DNA of 64,000 nucleotides from Azolla caroliniana. Its lineage: Eukaryota > Plantae > Polypodiophyta. Shown here piece by piece: positions 26,301 to 41,300 of this stretch (positions within the stretch are counted from its first letter, which is position 1; the number at the start of each line of letters is the position of its first letter). The position numbers and the translations under genes were made by a program. The DNA is taken from assembly GCA_043228905.1 (NCBI GenBank), contig JBHGNT010000010.1, positions 11,594,001-11,658,000 on the forward strand, written 5' to 3'. The notes beneath the pieces are model-generated. The model worked only from the letters and a program-made list of their open reading frames with translations, did no database searches and was not told the DNA's origin.

Positions 26301-29300
26301 TCATTTTCAACCACATTGAGCTGTTGCAAGAGATCAATTTGAGCATTGCTTGGCTGCTCTTCATCTCTGTTTGGAGCATGTTGTTGTTGATGTAAAACCT
26401 GCACATTACCTCCATGAGGTTCGGTTAGTCGATCACCTTCAAACACAACATTTTGCAGCAATGGTAACAAAGTATCAAATGCATCTGGTTGATCAAGAAC
26501 TGGCTCTTTGGTGCAATCCACAAGTGGTTGAGTTGCATTTTCAGCAAATATCACATCCCAACTGATGATGATCTTACCAGTAGTGGGCTGAAACAACTGA
26601 TAACCTTTGCTTTCTTTGCTACATGTAGCCTACAAAAATGCATTTTGTTGCTTTGTCTTGAAGCTTATGGCGCTGCTGTGGTGGCACAAATGCATAAGCC
26701 AAGCTTCCAAATAGTCTCATGTGACCAACATTTGGCTTGTGACCAGTCCAAGCCTCATATGGAGTGATAGTTGTTATTGCTTTTGTGGGGCATCTATTTA
26801 AAACATAATTTGCACACATTACAACTTCCAACCAAAACTTATGAGGTAGCTTTTTACTGTTGAGCATGCATCTTGCCATCTCCATGAGAGATCTATTCTT
26901 TCTCTCAGTCAAACCATTTTGTTGTGGTGTGTATGGAGTGGTGCATTGATGGATAATACCTCTCTCCTTCAAGAAAACATTGGATTCTTGAGACATGTGC
27001 TCACCCCCTCTATCAGTGCGAAAAGTAATGAATCTGTGACCGCTAAGATTTTCAGCAAGGTGTAAGAATTCTTTGAAGCATGAAAAGATATTGGATTTCT
27101 CCTTCAAAGGATATACCCAAGTGTGTCGGGTAGCATCATCAATGAATGTAAGAAAATAAAGATAACCTCCAATTGATGGTGTTCTCATTGGGCTGCATAC
27201 ATCACTATGTACAAGTTGAAGCTTGTGTGTTGCCAAAACATTTACATCTTTTGGAAATGAAAACATGTGCATCTTTCCTAGAATACAACCCTCACAAACA
27301 TGATTAAATGGTACATGAATGGAGGGAAGATTGCATACCATATCATGCTTGCTAAGCCGTGCAAGGCTGCTGAAATTTAAATGGCCGAACCGAGCATGCC
27401 ATAGTTCAGAATTGCTTTCTGTTTGGGAATCCACTGCTATGCATTTTGGTCATCAAATTTTTGATATATGTCAAGCTTGTAAAGGTTGTTGAACAAACTA
27501 CCTGTTATGACAATGATATCGCCCTTTGTACGATCATATACTGTGCATTTGTCATAGAGAATGGACAGGGTATCCATGCATAGCAATGGCAGAAAACAAA
27601 AAGAAGGTTTTTTCTTTATGCCAGGGACATAGAGAACATCATTCAAGGTGACTACATCCCCATTGACGGGTGTAATATGAACTTGATGAATGCCTTTTAT
27701 GATGTAAGAAGCATTATGACAAAGAAATTTTATGGCACAAGTAACAGTGCCTGCCTTATGATAAGCATTTTCAAGTGTGACAAAGAAATTTTTGCAAGAA
27801 GTTATGTGTTTAGAAGCACCGCTATCAAAATACCAAGCATTTGTAGACTCACTAATAAACAAATGTCATCCTTTGAGGGATCATACATTGAATGTATTGA
27901 GAATGCCCACTCATGTTGAGAAATGTGTGCTTCTACCATTGTACCAGTAGAGGTGGTAACATTAAGACCAGATTGTTTTTCTTCTCTTTACTAGCTTTCC
28001 TTTTTCGAAATTTGCTAATGTCATGGCCTCGTTTATGACAATAATTGCACTTTTTCTTCTTCTTCTCATCATGGAAAGTTGAGGCATCATTGCCTTTAGA
28101 AGGAAGGATATTTAGTTTTCGTCCTTGTTGGCCTTTGAACTTGGAAGAGGTAACAAAAGCTTGATCACCACTACTAAGAACATCCTGGTTTGCTCGAGAT
28201 TGAGATTCTTGTAAGAGAAGGGAGATTAGCTCATCAAAGTTGAAGCTCTCTTTACATCTAGTAAGAAGCCTTATTGTTGTGGCGAAGCCTTGATATGAAT
28301 CCGGAAGCACGTCAAGAACTTTAGAAACTAATTGCTTGTCTGAAATCACTTCGTCAATGTTGAGTAGTTGTCCCTTGAAGTTCTTGATTTTTGTTAAGAT
28401 GCTTCCATGGATTCGCCTTCTTGCATCCTTGTCGCTTCAAGTTGTTGCTTAAGCATAGCAACTCTTGCTTCATTCCTTTGAGCATATAGGTTCATTAACA
28501 CATCCCAAGCACTTTTTAAGGTTATGCAAGATCGGATATGTGAAACAATGTGTCATTTAACCAATAATGCAATGAGAGCATGGGCTTGAGCATCCTTATC
28601 ATCCCACTTAAGTTGTGAAGAAGTGGATTGTTGAGTGGAGCTTGAAGCATTGTTTGTGTCAGTTGTTCTTGAAGGGGAGGGAGAGTTTGGAGAAGAACTT
28701 GAAGCTAGAAGTTTATCAGATCCGATTACAATGTCCCATAGCTGCTTTGCTACCAGTACATGTCTCATCATGTACACCCACATAGGATAGTTAGTACCAT
28801 CCAACTTGTCTTAAGCGTTGAGCATACCAAAAATATTAGTTTTCTCAGCCATTGCAAAAGCAAGAAATATGTTTGAGAAAGTGGTGGTTATATTCACCAA
28901 AATGTACTAGAGGAGAGATATAATACTGAAGAAACAGAGGAGAGATAACATTCACCAAAATGTACTAAAGCAATATAATATTGAAGAAACAGATGAGAGA
29001 TAAGAGTTACTCTACTATGCTGAAAACTTATTTTTTTGTGGTAAAAACTAGTTGCTGCAGTTGCTGTGCAGTTAGGGTTTGAGACTGTTACCAAACTTGT
29101 TTTGACTATACCTCCAAAACCAAAAATCCGATTTGGGCATGCAAGTAGTCAAAAGAATCGGCTTGTAATTTGCTTTTTGAAAATGTGAAAATAGGGAAAG
29201 ATTGCCTCTGCTGCAGTTTTCTGTTGTTCGAACTTTCATTGCTGTAGATGGAGAGTTTTCATGTCCTCTTCGATAGGGAGAGATAAACAGAAAGATCTTT

Positions 29301-32300
29301 GTATGGCTATTTGGAAGAATAGGATAGAGAAAGTAACCTAAACCTGCTCTGATACCATATGTAGAAAATGCAGAGATCTTAGACTAACTCTCACACATCA
29401 AGATCCCTTGGAAGACTTAAGGAAATATCAGTAGATTAGGGAAAAACGAGCTCTGATTACAAAGATGTAGAATGGTTTATATAACCAGTATCTACAGGTA
29501 GGTGGAAACCCAATGGTCACTTAATTGGGTTCACACTATTCTAACTATATTCACACCTAATAGTTACTTAACTAGGTTCATATTATTCTAAGTATGTTCA
29601 CACCCAACAGCTACTTTAACTAGGTTCACACTATTATAACTATGTTCACACCAAAGCTTTCATAGGATACACATTAAGTGTAACAAACATCATGTCAGCT
29701 ATCTAAAAAATATAACTGTTTTGGGTGAAGCAGAGTTTTACACCAAGGTTTTTTTAACCTTAGAAGACAAATTTAAGCAATAATAGGTCAACTTTGAGTG
29801 TCATTCTTCTACAATTAGAATATTTACACAATCCCTGAATCTTGTTTTTGTCAACAGCACCAAGTGATTCCTCTCATGCACCAGGAAGCTTTGAAGCATT
29901 TGTGAAAGTACCAAGATTATTGAGACCACATACTCAAATATTCTGCACAAGGTAAACATGCAGTCATTGCTTCATCATGATGAATTCTTCTGTGATTGGC
30001 TTTCGTAAGCACTTATTAATAGCTGTTCTTTGCCTGCGATTTGTTTTTCTTCTTAAAAGAGTTTAGTGGATTCGGTAAAAATGAATTTGGCCTTTTGAAC
30101 ATAGTCGTATATGGTGACAGGAGGATTATGGCAGACTCCACTTAAGAATCTCCTCAACTTGTATAAACTCCAGGGACTGTTAAATCAATATGTGCTTTTC
30201 ATCTGAGTACTGTCTTGTCAATATTGTTGAAATAGGGTCAAATTTTCTAAACGATTTCTGCTGGAGTATTTTTCTGTCAAATCTTGTTGGAATAAATACG
30301 CCGTCAAGTTAACAACATTTTATAGTATATTGCTTGGTACTTGCTGATGAGGAAGTTGTAATTTATTTGGACATTTAGATGGAGCAAAATGAAAAGTTTC
30401 GCAAAGCAAATCTAAGTTATAATCTTGAATGAACTGCTCTATTTTCTACATTTACCTGAATGTGTTTCCCTTCAATCATGTGGTAGTTGGAAATTAAATC
30501 ATCCACACGGGTTAAAGATGCCAACCATAGTATTGTACCTTGAATTTGCTTTAATAAAGCAAATGCATAGCTTCATTCTCACAAGTTCACTAAACCCCAT
30601 AGAAAATCAGAGGTTTCTTCCTGTCATCATCAGCATTTGATCTTATCTGCACTCCATGATCTGGTTATTCAAGACATTAACCACAACTACACTAAAGAAT
30701 GCAAAAGTGTTCTGGGTCAGAGGATCTCCATGCATGCTAAGACGCATAAAATGAGACAAATGAGATTTGAACAATCCCACACCAATGATATTTCAAACCT
30801 TTTCCTCATACTTGGCAATCCACACCTTCTGAATAGAAACTTTACTTTTTTAATGTTTTACCTCTAACATGTGTTCAGTGTACATATGTTGTACCTTTCA
30901 AGCCAATAGTATGTGTGTGTGTGTCTGTGTATCTATATAGGAAATCCTCAATTGAGGAGGTTTAGCAGCTTCTCCATCTATTTGTCGGGGGTCCAATTTA
31001 AGGAGTCGGAAGGATTTCTTCCCATCTAAAAGCTGCAGAATCTAGAAAAGTTGTTGATCCCATTGAAATGGGTTTTATATTCTTGTACTCATGAATATTT
31101 TTTTAACTATCTGACATTCAATATCCACTGTGTCATGAAAGCGAATGGGTTCTGGGTAGTCGTGAAGACTTGGTGAAGGATATAACGTCAGAATTGCAAC
31201 AAGAGAAAAACGAGGTAACATTTGCAGCAGACAAGTGTTGCAATCATGTTTCGTTCCCAACACTCTGTATAATCCGGACTGGCTAAGGTTTATTGTGATA
31301 TTGACAGGAGTGGTGGACATACGTTTGCATGGGCCCTACAGATCCTCATCCAAATTGGCATCTGGGAATGAGAGGGACACAACATCGTGCAGTCATGTGG
31401 CGTGTGTGGAAGGAAGGGGGAACAGGATTTCTTTATTGGGGAGCAAATTGTTATGAGAAAGCGACCTGTCCAGGAGCTGAGGTAAGAAGGGAAGAAAGAA
31501 GTCTTTTAAACGGCGATAATGAGATCAAAAGAGAAGTCGTGTCTTAAAAGTTTCTCTTTGGTAACTAGAGTAATAAAACTTCCCAAGGTTCCAGTTACAT
31601 TTTTAGCTTAGATGGACTGAAATTCCAAGGATTTCCAGCATGCAGATCCAAGATTGAGAGGTCATCAAAGCTAGGGAAACACCTTTGGTGCTGAGTGATA
31701 ATGATCTTGATTTTTTGAAAACAAGGGTGATGGGGCCTTGGCCCTGATGGATGTGGCTTATGCATATGACAATTTGCTATTTTCTGATCTACTATGAAGC
31801 TTTCAAGATGTTGTCTAAGGCAAAATGAGACTGAATAAAAAGATGAAAATTTTTGGTGATAAAAGAGATTGCTGTATTATATGGCTAACAGTATAACTCT
31901 CTTTTGGCAGGTACGTTTCAGGAGGGGTCTTCCACCTGGAGACGGTGTTCTCTTTTATCCTGGTCAAGCGTTTGAACCAGAACTGACAGAACCTATTGCA
32001 TCAATTCGCCTTGAACGATTACTTGGTGGTCTACAGGTAAAGAAAAATTTATCCATTCCTCAAGCAGCTTCTCTCAAGTCATTTCATGTGAGCAAAGAGA
32101 AAAAAGCTTTATTGGGTTGTGTTTGGTTTGGATTTTAGGATTACGAATACTTGAAATTGTATGCATCTCATTATGGTAGACCAGCTGCCTTGTCTCTTTT
32201 AGAGAAAACTGGCCTTTACCTTGGTCCTGATCGTTATGCATCTGATCATGGGCCTATTGATTCGATGAGAGCGGAGATTTATCATGCTTTGCAAGCAACT

Positions 32301-32303
32301 TAG
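20345..32303 (+). CDS. DUF4091 / glycoside hydrolase family 123-like protein. Exons 20345-20545, 20901-21037, 21146-21256, 22358-22459, 22594-22702, 22801-22986, 23054-23222, 23304-23385, 23635-23728, 23840-23936, 29858-29951, 31142-31214, 31308-31481, 31911-32036, 32139-32303
   Basis: Spliced frame stays open: PVEGISGGGTGYGW, LAARNEKES, YRISPYFCRWG, YFYLWDEP, WWTYVCMGP, GFLYWGANCY, GDGVLFYPG, SIRLERL, DYEYL; matches my recollection of the conserved plant At1g45150-type family. Confidence 0.85.
22987..23053 (+). other. U12-type (minor spliceosome) GT-AG intron
   Basis: 5' site GTATCCTTT; branch TTCTTAAC at 23036-23043, 10 nt before the intron end; removal restores PAVFG|LSETVIEDRF. Confidence 0.85.
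24159..29685 (-). mobile_element. Degenerate full-length Ty1/copia in intron 10 of the DUF4091 gene, antisense
   Basis: 326-bp LTRs at 24159-24484 and 29360-29685 (about 16 differences); TSD AACAT at 24154-24158 and 29686-29690; PBS rc 29346-29357; PPT rc near 24485-24493; gag from 28852, DSG, integrase, YVDD RT and RH with frameshifts. Confidence 0.95.
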
Positions 32304-33673
32304 ATGGGATTCCTACAATCAATGATGATGGGATAGAAAAAACATTGGTTTACATTATTACATAAACCAAAGATCTTAGTGCATGCATTACCTCCATGTA
32401 AAGGGATGCATTAGCAGGTGACATGAAAACTAACGTACAAAGTTTTAGCACTATTTAGAGCAATCAAAACTTTAACGTTCTTTTATTGGTGAATTTGCGA
32501 AAAGTCAAATTGTTCAAAATTTCTTTCAAGAGAAGCCCAATCAGCAAGAAACAAAAATTTGACTAGTCAAATAATGTAAGCGTACAATTATGATATTTTC
32601 AGATTAGCATATATTATATATAGTTGTCTGATGAGTATACTTAATGGTATAGTATGTTATGGATGTGTGGGTTGCTTGTTTGTCTGTGAAGCTTGTGAAT
32701 ACGAGGATCTCTGACTGTGCAACTAACTCCAGCTCAGTCAATTGGACTTGTAATATTGAAGCATATCTCTGAATGTTGATCTCGCAGTCACTAATCTTTG
32801 GTTTGTAACTAATTCCAGGAGAAAGTATGTTGTGTATTTTTGAAACATTGCCCAAATAAAAAATCTTCTTCTATTCTATTCAGTTATTCTTGTACATTGA
32901 GACTTATTAATCAACTCCACATACTCAAAGTGTTTCACTTTGGTTCCAATACAACCTCCCAGGGATTGGAAAAAAATTATATGTATACCATTCTTTTATC
33001 TCAACCACCTAGTGGCAGTTTATATACCTCATAATATTCTTCTCAAGATATGTATATATTGAGTGAATTATCCTCAGCTACCAACTCTATTACCAGAGTT
33101 GAGTTCCATTGGTGGGTGTAAGTGCCACCATATGTCCAAGCAATCTAAAGTATGTGTATTCCTGCTGAAATATGTGACACTTGGTTTACCATGCCTATTG
33201 GCAAACTCATTATTAGCTTATGTACTGCAGATCAATCTTGTAAGTTAATGGTTTCCTGTATATACAATAACTTGCAGCCTACTCTATATAAGTACTTTCA
33301 ACATTTAAAGCTACTTCTCAATCTTGCTGTACTGTGCACATTAATGTATATATCTATATTGACATGAGCATGCATTACATACTTGTGCATGAGATGTAGA
33401 TAAAAATGCCAAGAAGATGAAATTGAACGTATCAATATGAAACTGCAAACAATTGATTTCCAGAATATTTCAACAGGTATGAAACATCATATTACAAGCT
33501 GCTGAAACAAGAGGATTAGCAGCAAAATTAAAATTTACAAGACCTTTCTATACAGTTTATATACCGAAGAGGAATGCTTTCAAGGAAAACATTGTCACTT
33601 GCTAGGTCTCCAAATTACAAACATTGACGATTTCTGTTCCACTATACTGCACACAAAGATTCTATGGTGCCAT

Positions 33674-36600
33674 TTAATGCTTAACATCCATATTTCTCCA
33701 CTTTCCTCTTGTACTTGTAGGCTCACTTTCAGATCCACTCTCGGATCGGATTGTTTTTGAAAAACTGGCATCATTGTCAGTCGATCTCCCTGAATCAGAA
33801 TCAGCATGAGCAGCTTTTGAACGGGAAGAGATTCTTCGAATGTTGATCTGCTTTAATAACATAATCAAGAGCAGTTCACGGAAACGAGTTACACAAAGCT
33901 AGTAAGAGAAGGCATTTTGCTCAAAGAAGCAACAATATACGTCTCTATTAAAGCTAGAGATTTCCCTCTATATGATCTTCAGCAACTACTGACCTTCCAT
34001 TGGATAGTTTTCAAATTCCCTTTTACTGCTTTTAAGCACCATGGGGCATTATTTAACAAATACCTTGACCTTGTGAATGAGATTGTTATATGTGAAGTTC
34101 ATAAATATCATTCTGAATTTTGTTTGATTTGTATTTTCTCCCCCTTTTTCATTAATATTATATTTTAGCATATACATATAAATACACATAATGTATGATA
34201 TAATTGGTTTTTATAAACCTCTCTCCATGGTTTCTCTCAGCCATCTAGATATCCGTGTTGTCTTCCGTGCTTATCTTTTGTTTCCTAGTTGAAAAGTTCT
34301 AAACATATTCTAGTTAAATTTGGGACCCTATTGAAGTTACGTTGTAGTATCCATGCATAACAATATTAACTCCAATGATCATGGGAAGTCTCACCTCATG
34401 GAAAGGATTGTCTTCTGTCTCGAGCATCTGGATAACATGGCTTATTTTGGGTCGTTTCTCTGCATCTGGATCTACACATCGCAACGACACCAAGAGAACT
34501 CTCTTCAGAGCCCTCAATGATGGCTTTACTTCCATCCTCGGATCACAAACTCCATCAATTTGCCTGCTACCTACCATTACTTTCAACCAATCCACCAAGT
34601 TCACCTGAGAAAATACATCGCCAAACTCCAGGTCACAACACTGACAAACGCATACCTTGTTTTAGTAATAACTTGTTGCAAAATATGCCCCAAGTTTTAC
34701 AGGATGAAGTGACCATATAATTGCACAAATAACACATACAATGTTGTCTTCCAAAGTTTGGCAAAATAAGACTTGGGGCATCTGGGGAGATGAAGAGAAC
34801 TGTAGGGGTAATTTTGAGTTCTTTCCTGACTTATTTTTATTCTAAGAGGGAAACCTCAAGATAATGTAGGATTCCAATATTCTTTTGTGACACATTACAT
34901 GCATGTGCTATACATGCTTTTTAAACTTATCTTATCACCTCTCCTTGTGGCCTTCTATAATCCACTGGATCTCTTCCTGTAATAAGTTCCATAAGGAGAA
35001 CGCCATAGCTATAAACATCACTCTTCTCATTCAGCAATCCGGTGTTAGCATACTCTGGTGCAACATACCTAACACATGTCAAGGTCAAGCAAATTGGAGT
35101 TTTAGCCAATATGCCAAAGAGACTTTTCATTAAAACTGCAGTGTACTCGTGCTATTCTTTGCGGGTTTTTACCCGAATGTACCCATAACTCTCGTAGTCA
35201 CGTGGGTGTTGTCTGGTCCTAAGAGCTTAGCGAGCCCAAAATCGGAGATTTTTGGGTTCCAACTCCTATCCAATAAGATGTTACTTGATTTGATATCACG
35301 ATGCACTACCTTCGGTTCCAAACCCTCATGTAAATATGCAAGACTGTAGGACAAAAGAAGAAAAGAGTGATCATTGTAAGCCCTTGTTTACCATTTTCCA
35401 ATACCAAAATATCGTAGGATGTAGTTCAAATGCATTCCTAGTTAACATCTTCAAACATCCATTAAATCTTCTACACAAATGCACCATGACTTTTTTATTA
35501 TTTTGAGTATCAACAAGGGAAATCAACCAAGAGATAGGATAGCATCAATGTCAATCACCATCCAACGAGGTTGTTCTTTTCAACCACATCTAATTCCTTG
35601 ATCAATTTGTGCATGACTACCAATGAAAAAATGGACCAACCGATCAAACATCGTAAAAGATTCAACCTAAAAGAGAGAGGTGGACAAACAGACACTTCAG
35701 CTTTTGCAATTTCTTTACCCTTTCGCAGTTCCTAGAAGAATCTTCATTCGAATATCCCACGGTATTTGATGTTTCTCTCCTAGTGATCCATGAAGCCACT
35801 GATCCAAGTTTCCATTGTCGATATACTCATAGACTAGAATCCTGATTTCACATAACTCTTATCAGCTTTCAGAAACATTATCCATGAATAGAATTCAAAG
35901 ACAGCCTTCTAGACAAGCATCTTTTTACCGGTGTACACCCTCCATACAATACCCAAAAAGCCGAACAAGGTTTTTGTGCCTTACTCTGCCGATTGCCTCC
36001 ACTTCTACCTTGAACTCCCTTTCAGCTTGTCCCCTACATGGAATACAAGCATTTTATCATCATGCATATTTCTTCGACAAGTTTGGTATTTGGAATGCCA
36101 TAACATCTAAATGCATTATTGAGGTTCAATTACAGGATAAATCTGGTTTCAAAAAGAAACATTCCACTATGCATGCGTGATATGGCCTCTATAGTTATCT
36201 GAATTTCTGGTCACTGGAGTGAGTAAAATCTAAATCCTTTAACGAGGATCTATTCGAGGTGTGACTGTGGTTGGTTGGAAGAGAACTTTTAAATGCAAAT
36301 ATATGGAAAGACATTGTTTCCTCTTTTTTCTTTTCTTACTTAATTTCTTTCCCCCTCTTATTAGAGGTCACAATGCACACTAGAACATAAAGAAAAGGGA
36401 AAGAAGACATTCTCATCAATTCACTTGGATCTATCATTAAGGAAAGGAATTCATAAGATGGATTGAAGTTGATGTGAAGGACGTACCTATTGTTCACAAG
36501 TTTCTTGACTGCAATGGGAGTACCATCACGAAGAATCCCATGGTAAACAATGCCATAGCCACCTTTTCCAACAATCTTGGATTCCGAGAATGAATCCGTG

Positions 36601-37049
36601 GCTACCTCCAAATCTCTGAGAGCATAGCAATGGCCCCATCCTGTATGTGTGGCATCCGGAGAACTATAAGAGGAACTCTCCAGAGATGACATGTCCATTC
36701 GACTCGATCGAACACCATTTACTAGAGTGACCTTCCCAGCTTCTGAGCTACTTATGCTTGTCCCAGAGGAGGATCCGGGAATGCCTGTTGATCCATCACG
36801 TATGTGAACAATTCTCTTTTCGACGATTCTTCGTTCCTCTGATATATTGTTGACTATGCTCTTTTCATCATCATCCTGGTTTATTGTCATCGTAGAAGGC
36901 TTGAGAGGGTTTTTTCTTCTCCCAGATTTTCTTCTTATGCAGTGTATCCATAGGAGAAGCGAGAGACAAGAACATAATAAGAGGATTGTGACAACAATGC
37001 CCATCGTTGCATATAGTTTCACTCCAAATAAGCCTCGTTTCCCACCCAT
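33674..37049 (-). CDS. Single-pass receptor-like Ser/Thr kinase (RLCK-V / At1g01540-like). Exons 37049-36487, 36033-35929, 35841-35719, 35343-35173, 35068-34939, 34604-34395, 33847-33674
   Basis: N-terminal TM anchor followed by basic stop-transfer; [55 protein letters not shown]; GT-AG introns in phase. Confidence 0.92.
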
Positions 37050-38106
37050 ATTTAAAAACCCTCAATCTTTTTCTTCTTCAACTTCTTATTCTCGCTGTAC
37101 ACTTCAAACCTTAAACTCTTTCCTTTATTCCTGGGTTTCTATACAAACCCTAATTTTTCTGTCGAGTGCATCATGTTCCTAATAACTCTAGTCTTCGTTT
37201 TCTTTGTTAAAGCCCTATTTCCTGTTTTTCGCAAAAAACCCAATCCTTGTTTTCTTCGAAAAAATCCCTAGTTCTTTGCTTTATTTACGAAAACCTAATT
37301 CTTCTTTTCTTTGCTAAAATCCCTAATTCTTGTTTTCTTTGCTGAAATCTCTTCAAAACCCTAAATTTTGTGTTAAGTAAAGCTAAATGATCACTTGCAA
37401 GCATCAAATCTCCAAAACCCTACAAATTAGAACCCGGATTTTCACCCCAAGACGACTAAAAAGTTAGGCTTGGATCATAAGCAGAGGCATTTTGTCGTTG
37501 ATGAATCTCGCATCCATGGAGTCAGCAATCGCATTCATGAAGATGGGTCGTCATGATTTCCTCCTGCTAAAAGTCCATGTCCGTGATGAGCCTAGAGAGG
37601 AAGGAAGGCACAGGAAAGAGGTTGATAAGGCAGAGGAATGGAGAGCGAGCTATATGGCGAAGTTAATAAAGCAGTCGATCTGGAATCATCAGAATTAAGA
37701 GGGGGAAACCGGACGACGCAAATCAAATTAATTAAGAGGGTGAGAGATTGGATTAAGAGGGGGGAGAGAGAGAGAGGGGGGGGGGGGCGACCATCAATGA
37801 TGATCATCATCATCCCCATGCCATAGCCGGAGAATGAGAGAGCTTCTCTGTACCTACGATACTATATACTATACTATAGTCTATACTATATATGTATATA
37901 CACTACATATATACATACATATGTATGTACATAATCGACTTAATTTATGAATTCGACATTTTACAAGAAGAGCCTCTCTCTCTGTCTTTAAAATTGGTGG
38001 GAATGGGGGTGGCAACCATTTGCTTTTTGAATTAATCCATCCAAACCCATGAAGATCTAGACACTCTTGGATTCCAAGGCTTTTTCTTTTTTTGTTGGTT
38101 TAGTTT

Positions 38107-38328
38107 TGTGTGTGTGTGTGTGTGTGTGTGCAATGAATGAAAAATATAGAGAGAAAGATGAGATGAGATGTGTCTGTCTAGCAAGAAGAAGGAGAGGTCT
38201 TAAGACATTAGTTACTTAAATCTTGCTACTTACTAATGGTATGCTATGCCAATGTTTCTCTTGCAAAAGGAGGTAGGTGTTATGCTCTAGCCTCTAACCT
38301 TTTGCTCTGCTATTATGATTTATCTATA

Positions 38329-38395
<67 letters not shown>
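38107..38395. repeat. (GT)n at 38107-38130 and compound (AT)n(AGAT)n at 38331-38395
   Basis: Directly visible. Confidence 0.9.
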
Positions 38396-41300
38396 TGTAT
38401 ATCATATATGTATATGTACATGTATAATGCCTTTGCTACCTACTCTTTGTCGCTGTTTATGTGCTATGTGTCTATGTTTCCCGCGCCTTCTTGCTTTAAC
38501 CTCAAAACAAAGCATACCTTTTCTAACCTCCTTTCCGTTTTCACTTTGCTTTCGTTCTAAGGAAATGAACTTTGGAAGTTGGAGTGTCCTTCGCTCAACC
38601 TCCAACACGACTTGGGTTTTGTTGTAACATGTACGTTGGAGAAGGTTCACACCATCTTGTTAGAAATACATATATACTTGATACAACCACTCAATTGGTT
38701 GAATTCTAATCATGTGAGGAAAGCACGAACTTGCCAATTTCCCCGAACAATAATGTCCAGGATTTGAGAGAGAATATTGTAGGTAGAATGGTGAAGTGAA
38801 AAAGAAACGAGCATTATATATGCCTTCTGTCTAGAAATGGGACAAGAATGTAGGGTAAGGATGTCTTGATTGTGTAACATTCAACGCCGACAATGAATTC
38901 ATAGAATATATCTCGTATTGTTGGTGGATTACAAAATGCATATTTTTTCAAGCACATGTACAAGAAATTAGGCAATTAAGAGAAAATGGCTTCCTACAAA
39001 GAGAACAAACTACATTATATAAACTGAGTGACACACACACACCATAATAGGAAGGATTAAACAAAAACTTAGCTCTCAACAATACATAGTGATAAAACAA
39101 TAGACAAGTCAAATATTTTAGATGACTAGGACACCTATTTCAAAGTTGTCTTACAACATATTTTACAACATTTTTCATAGTTATACAACAATAAAAATAA
39201 TTGTGCATACTTTAGAGCTAATGCATGTGCATGTCTGGATGTTGAAATAGACATATTAGCAACTTAGGAGTGAGCTGGTGTAGGCCAATGAATAGTTTCC
39301 TTCAATGGGAGGCTTATTACCCAAATTCTTGGCAACTTTTCAACACCTTCCCAAAGGCAAATACTCTTTGAATTAAATTTTTTAATGTGGAATCATAATA
39401 TAAGTGTGTCTGTGAAACTAGGGAACCAAAGCATCACAAAGCCAAAAGTAGGAGCCATAGAGTTTTTAACTAGGTTGGTAAAATGAAGCAAAACTATAAC
39501 TTTAGTAAAAAGCTAAAGAGGCATCGTAACAAGTTTTAGGTTTAACGATCAAATCAAAGACATAGTATCATATTGGAGAAGGGGATTCTGTTATACAAAT
39601 TGATGGTACAGTTGTACGTATCTACCGTCAACGCATTCAAGTTATAACATACTAGGAAGTGCTTGTGCTTATATGCTAATTAGGTGGATAGTGTTTGGGG
39701 TGATGCAACTAGATAGCAAAAGTAGCTAATAAAACTACGAACATGAAATTGTAACCGAAGATAATGAGTGATTAATTGTAATAAGGTGGTTTCAATTGTT
39801 GTGGGGTATAAAAATGCATATTATAAATTATATACCTATGCAATATATTACCTTTGTTTAGGGTAGACTAATGGGCTCTTCTCATCAATGGAACACGCAT
39901 AATGTTTCATCTAATTTTCTATATGGTTACTTCTCAACGGTAATAGTTAGTAGATCCTCTTTTTGTTTATGCAAGAGAAAAGGGTAGAATAGCCTTGCAT
40001 CAATTATTGAAATCCAATATTGTAATTGGGGACAATGGGTAATTTGCTAGAAGGTGGTTGTTTCTAGGTAAGCTCATAGAGAAGATAACGTATAATTTCT
40101 TGAGTGTGTAAGGTAATACACTTCTTAAAGGTATACCAAGCGAGTAAAGCTCCAAAACAATTCCCATCCGTAAGCAACATCAAATTGTTTCATAATGGTC
40201 ACTATTCCTCCCAAGAATTTTTGTATCTACCAATTGGTATCGATCCCCTTGGTTATTTAGATCACTTCATTGACACGAGCAAATGGCGTAAAACCATTGT
40301 ATTAGTAGTTAAAATACAATATCTTAATTTGATATAATATATTTATTATTAATATAATAAGGTGGTTGTTTCTAGGCAATGTTCATTGCAAATGAAGTAC
40401 AATTTCATATGTCTACATTTCAAACCATTGCTGATGGCAACCTTATGAGACTCTAGCAATCCCTACTAGGAATATCTCTAGAGAGGCATATGTCCTTAGG
40501 AATACTTGTTCTTTTTTCAATAGTGAACAATTTCATACATTGTGTAACCTTCATTTCCATCCATCTATTTTTTTCCTTGTGTTGCAAACAACATTGTAGT
40601 GTTTGTGTCAACCCATGGATTATTGGGATATGAGCTAACTTACTTTACGGAAAGAGAGTCAATAGGGACCAAGACTATTAGTTTGAGTAGAAATGACCCC
40701 CTTCATGAAAGGTAACACACAAGCATAAATGTTTTAAAATTCTCTAAATGGCTTTCCATATAGGCTTATAATAGGGCATACGTAGTCCAAATTCCCAATC
40801 CAGTTTCTAGTAAAAGAAAAGGCTTCTGCCAAATTTGATGAAACTTTGGAAAGTACGTAATTCTTTATGCTAGGATAGAAAATATGTTAAATTACATTGT
40901 TGCAATTTAGCTATAGCTATTGTCTCTTGAAATATATAATGTGATCAAATGAATGCACAACACATCCCTCTAGTGATATATTCTCATCGCCCAATATATT
41001 GGACTCTCACCACAAGTCCCACATTGTTTGGTTGCCAAATTCCCATATTATACTATAACCTCATTCAATTGGTGCTCCCATTCTGGATTCTTCATGTTAG
41101 TTTTTTCATCCACTCACAACCTAGGAACCTTGGAAAGGGATTTACATCATTGGCCTAGTTGACAATATTATTGTTAACTTGCGATATCATGTCACATTTG
41201 GCACATGTTGTGTGACACTCTCATGCAAATTCTTACAATCTCACAAGCATAAGGTTTCTTAGGTTTGCTATGTTCTTGTAGTTACATCTAAGCATAATAG

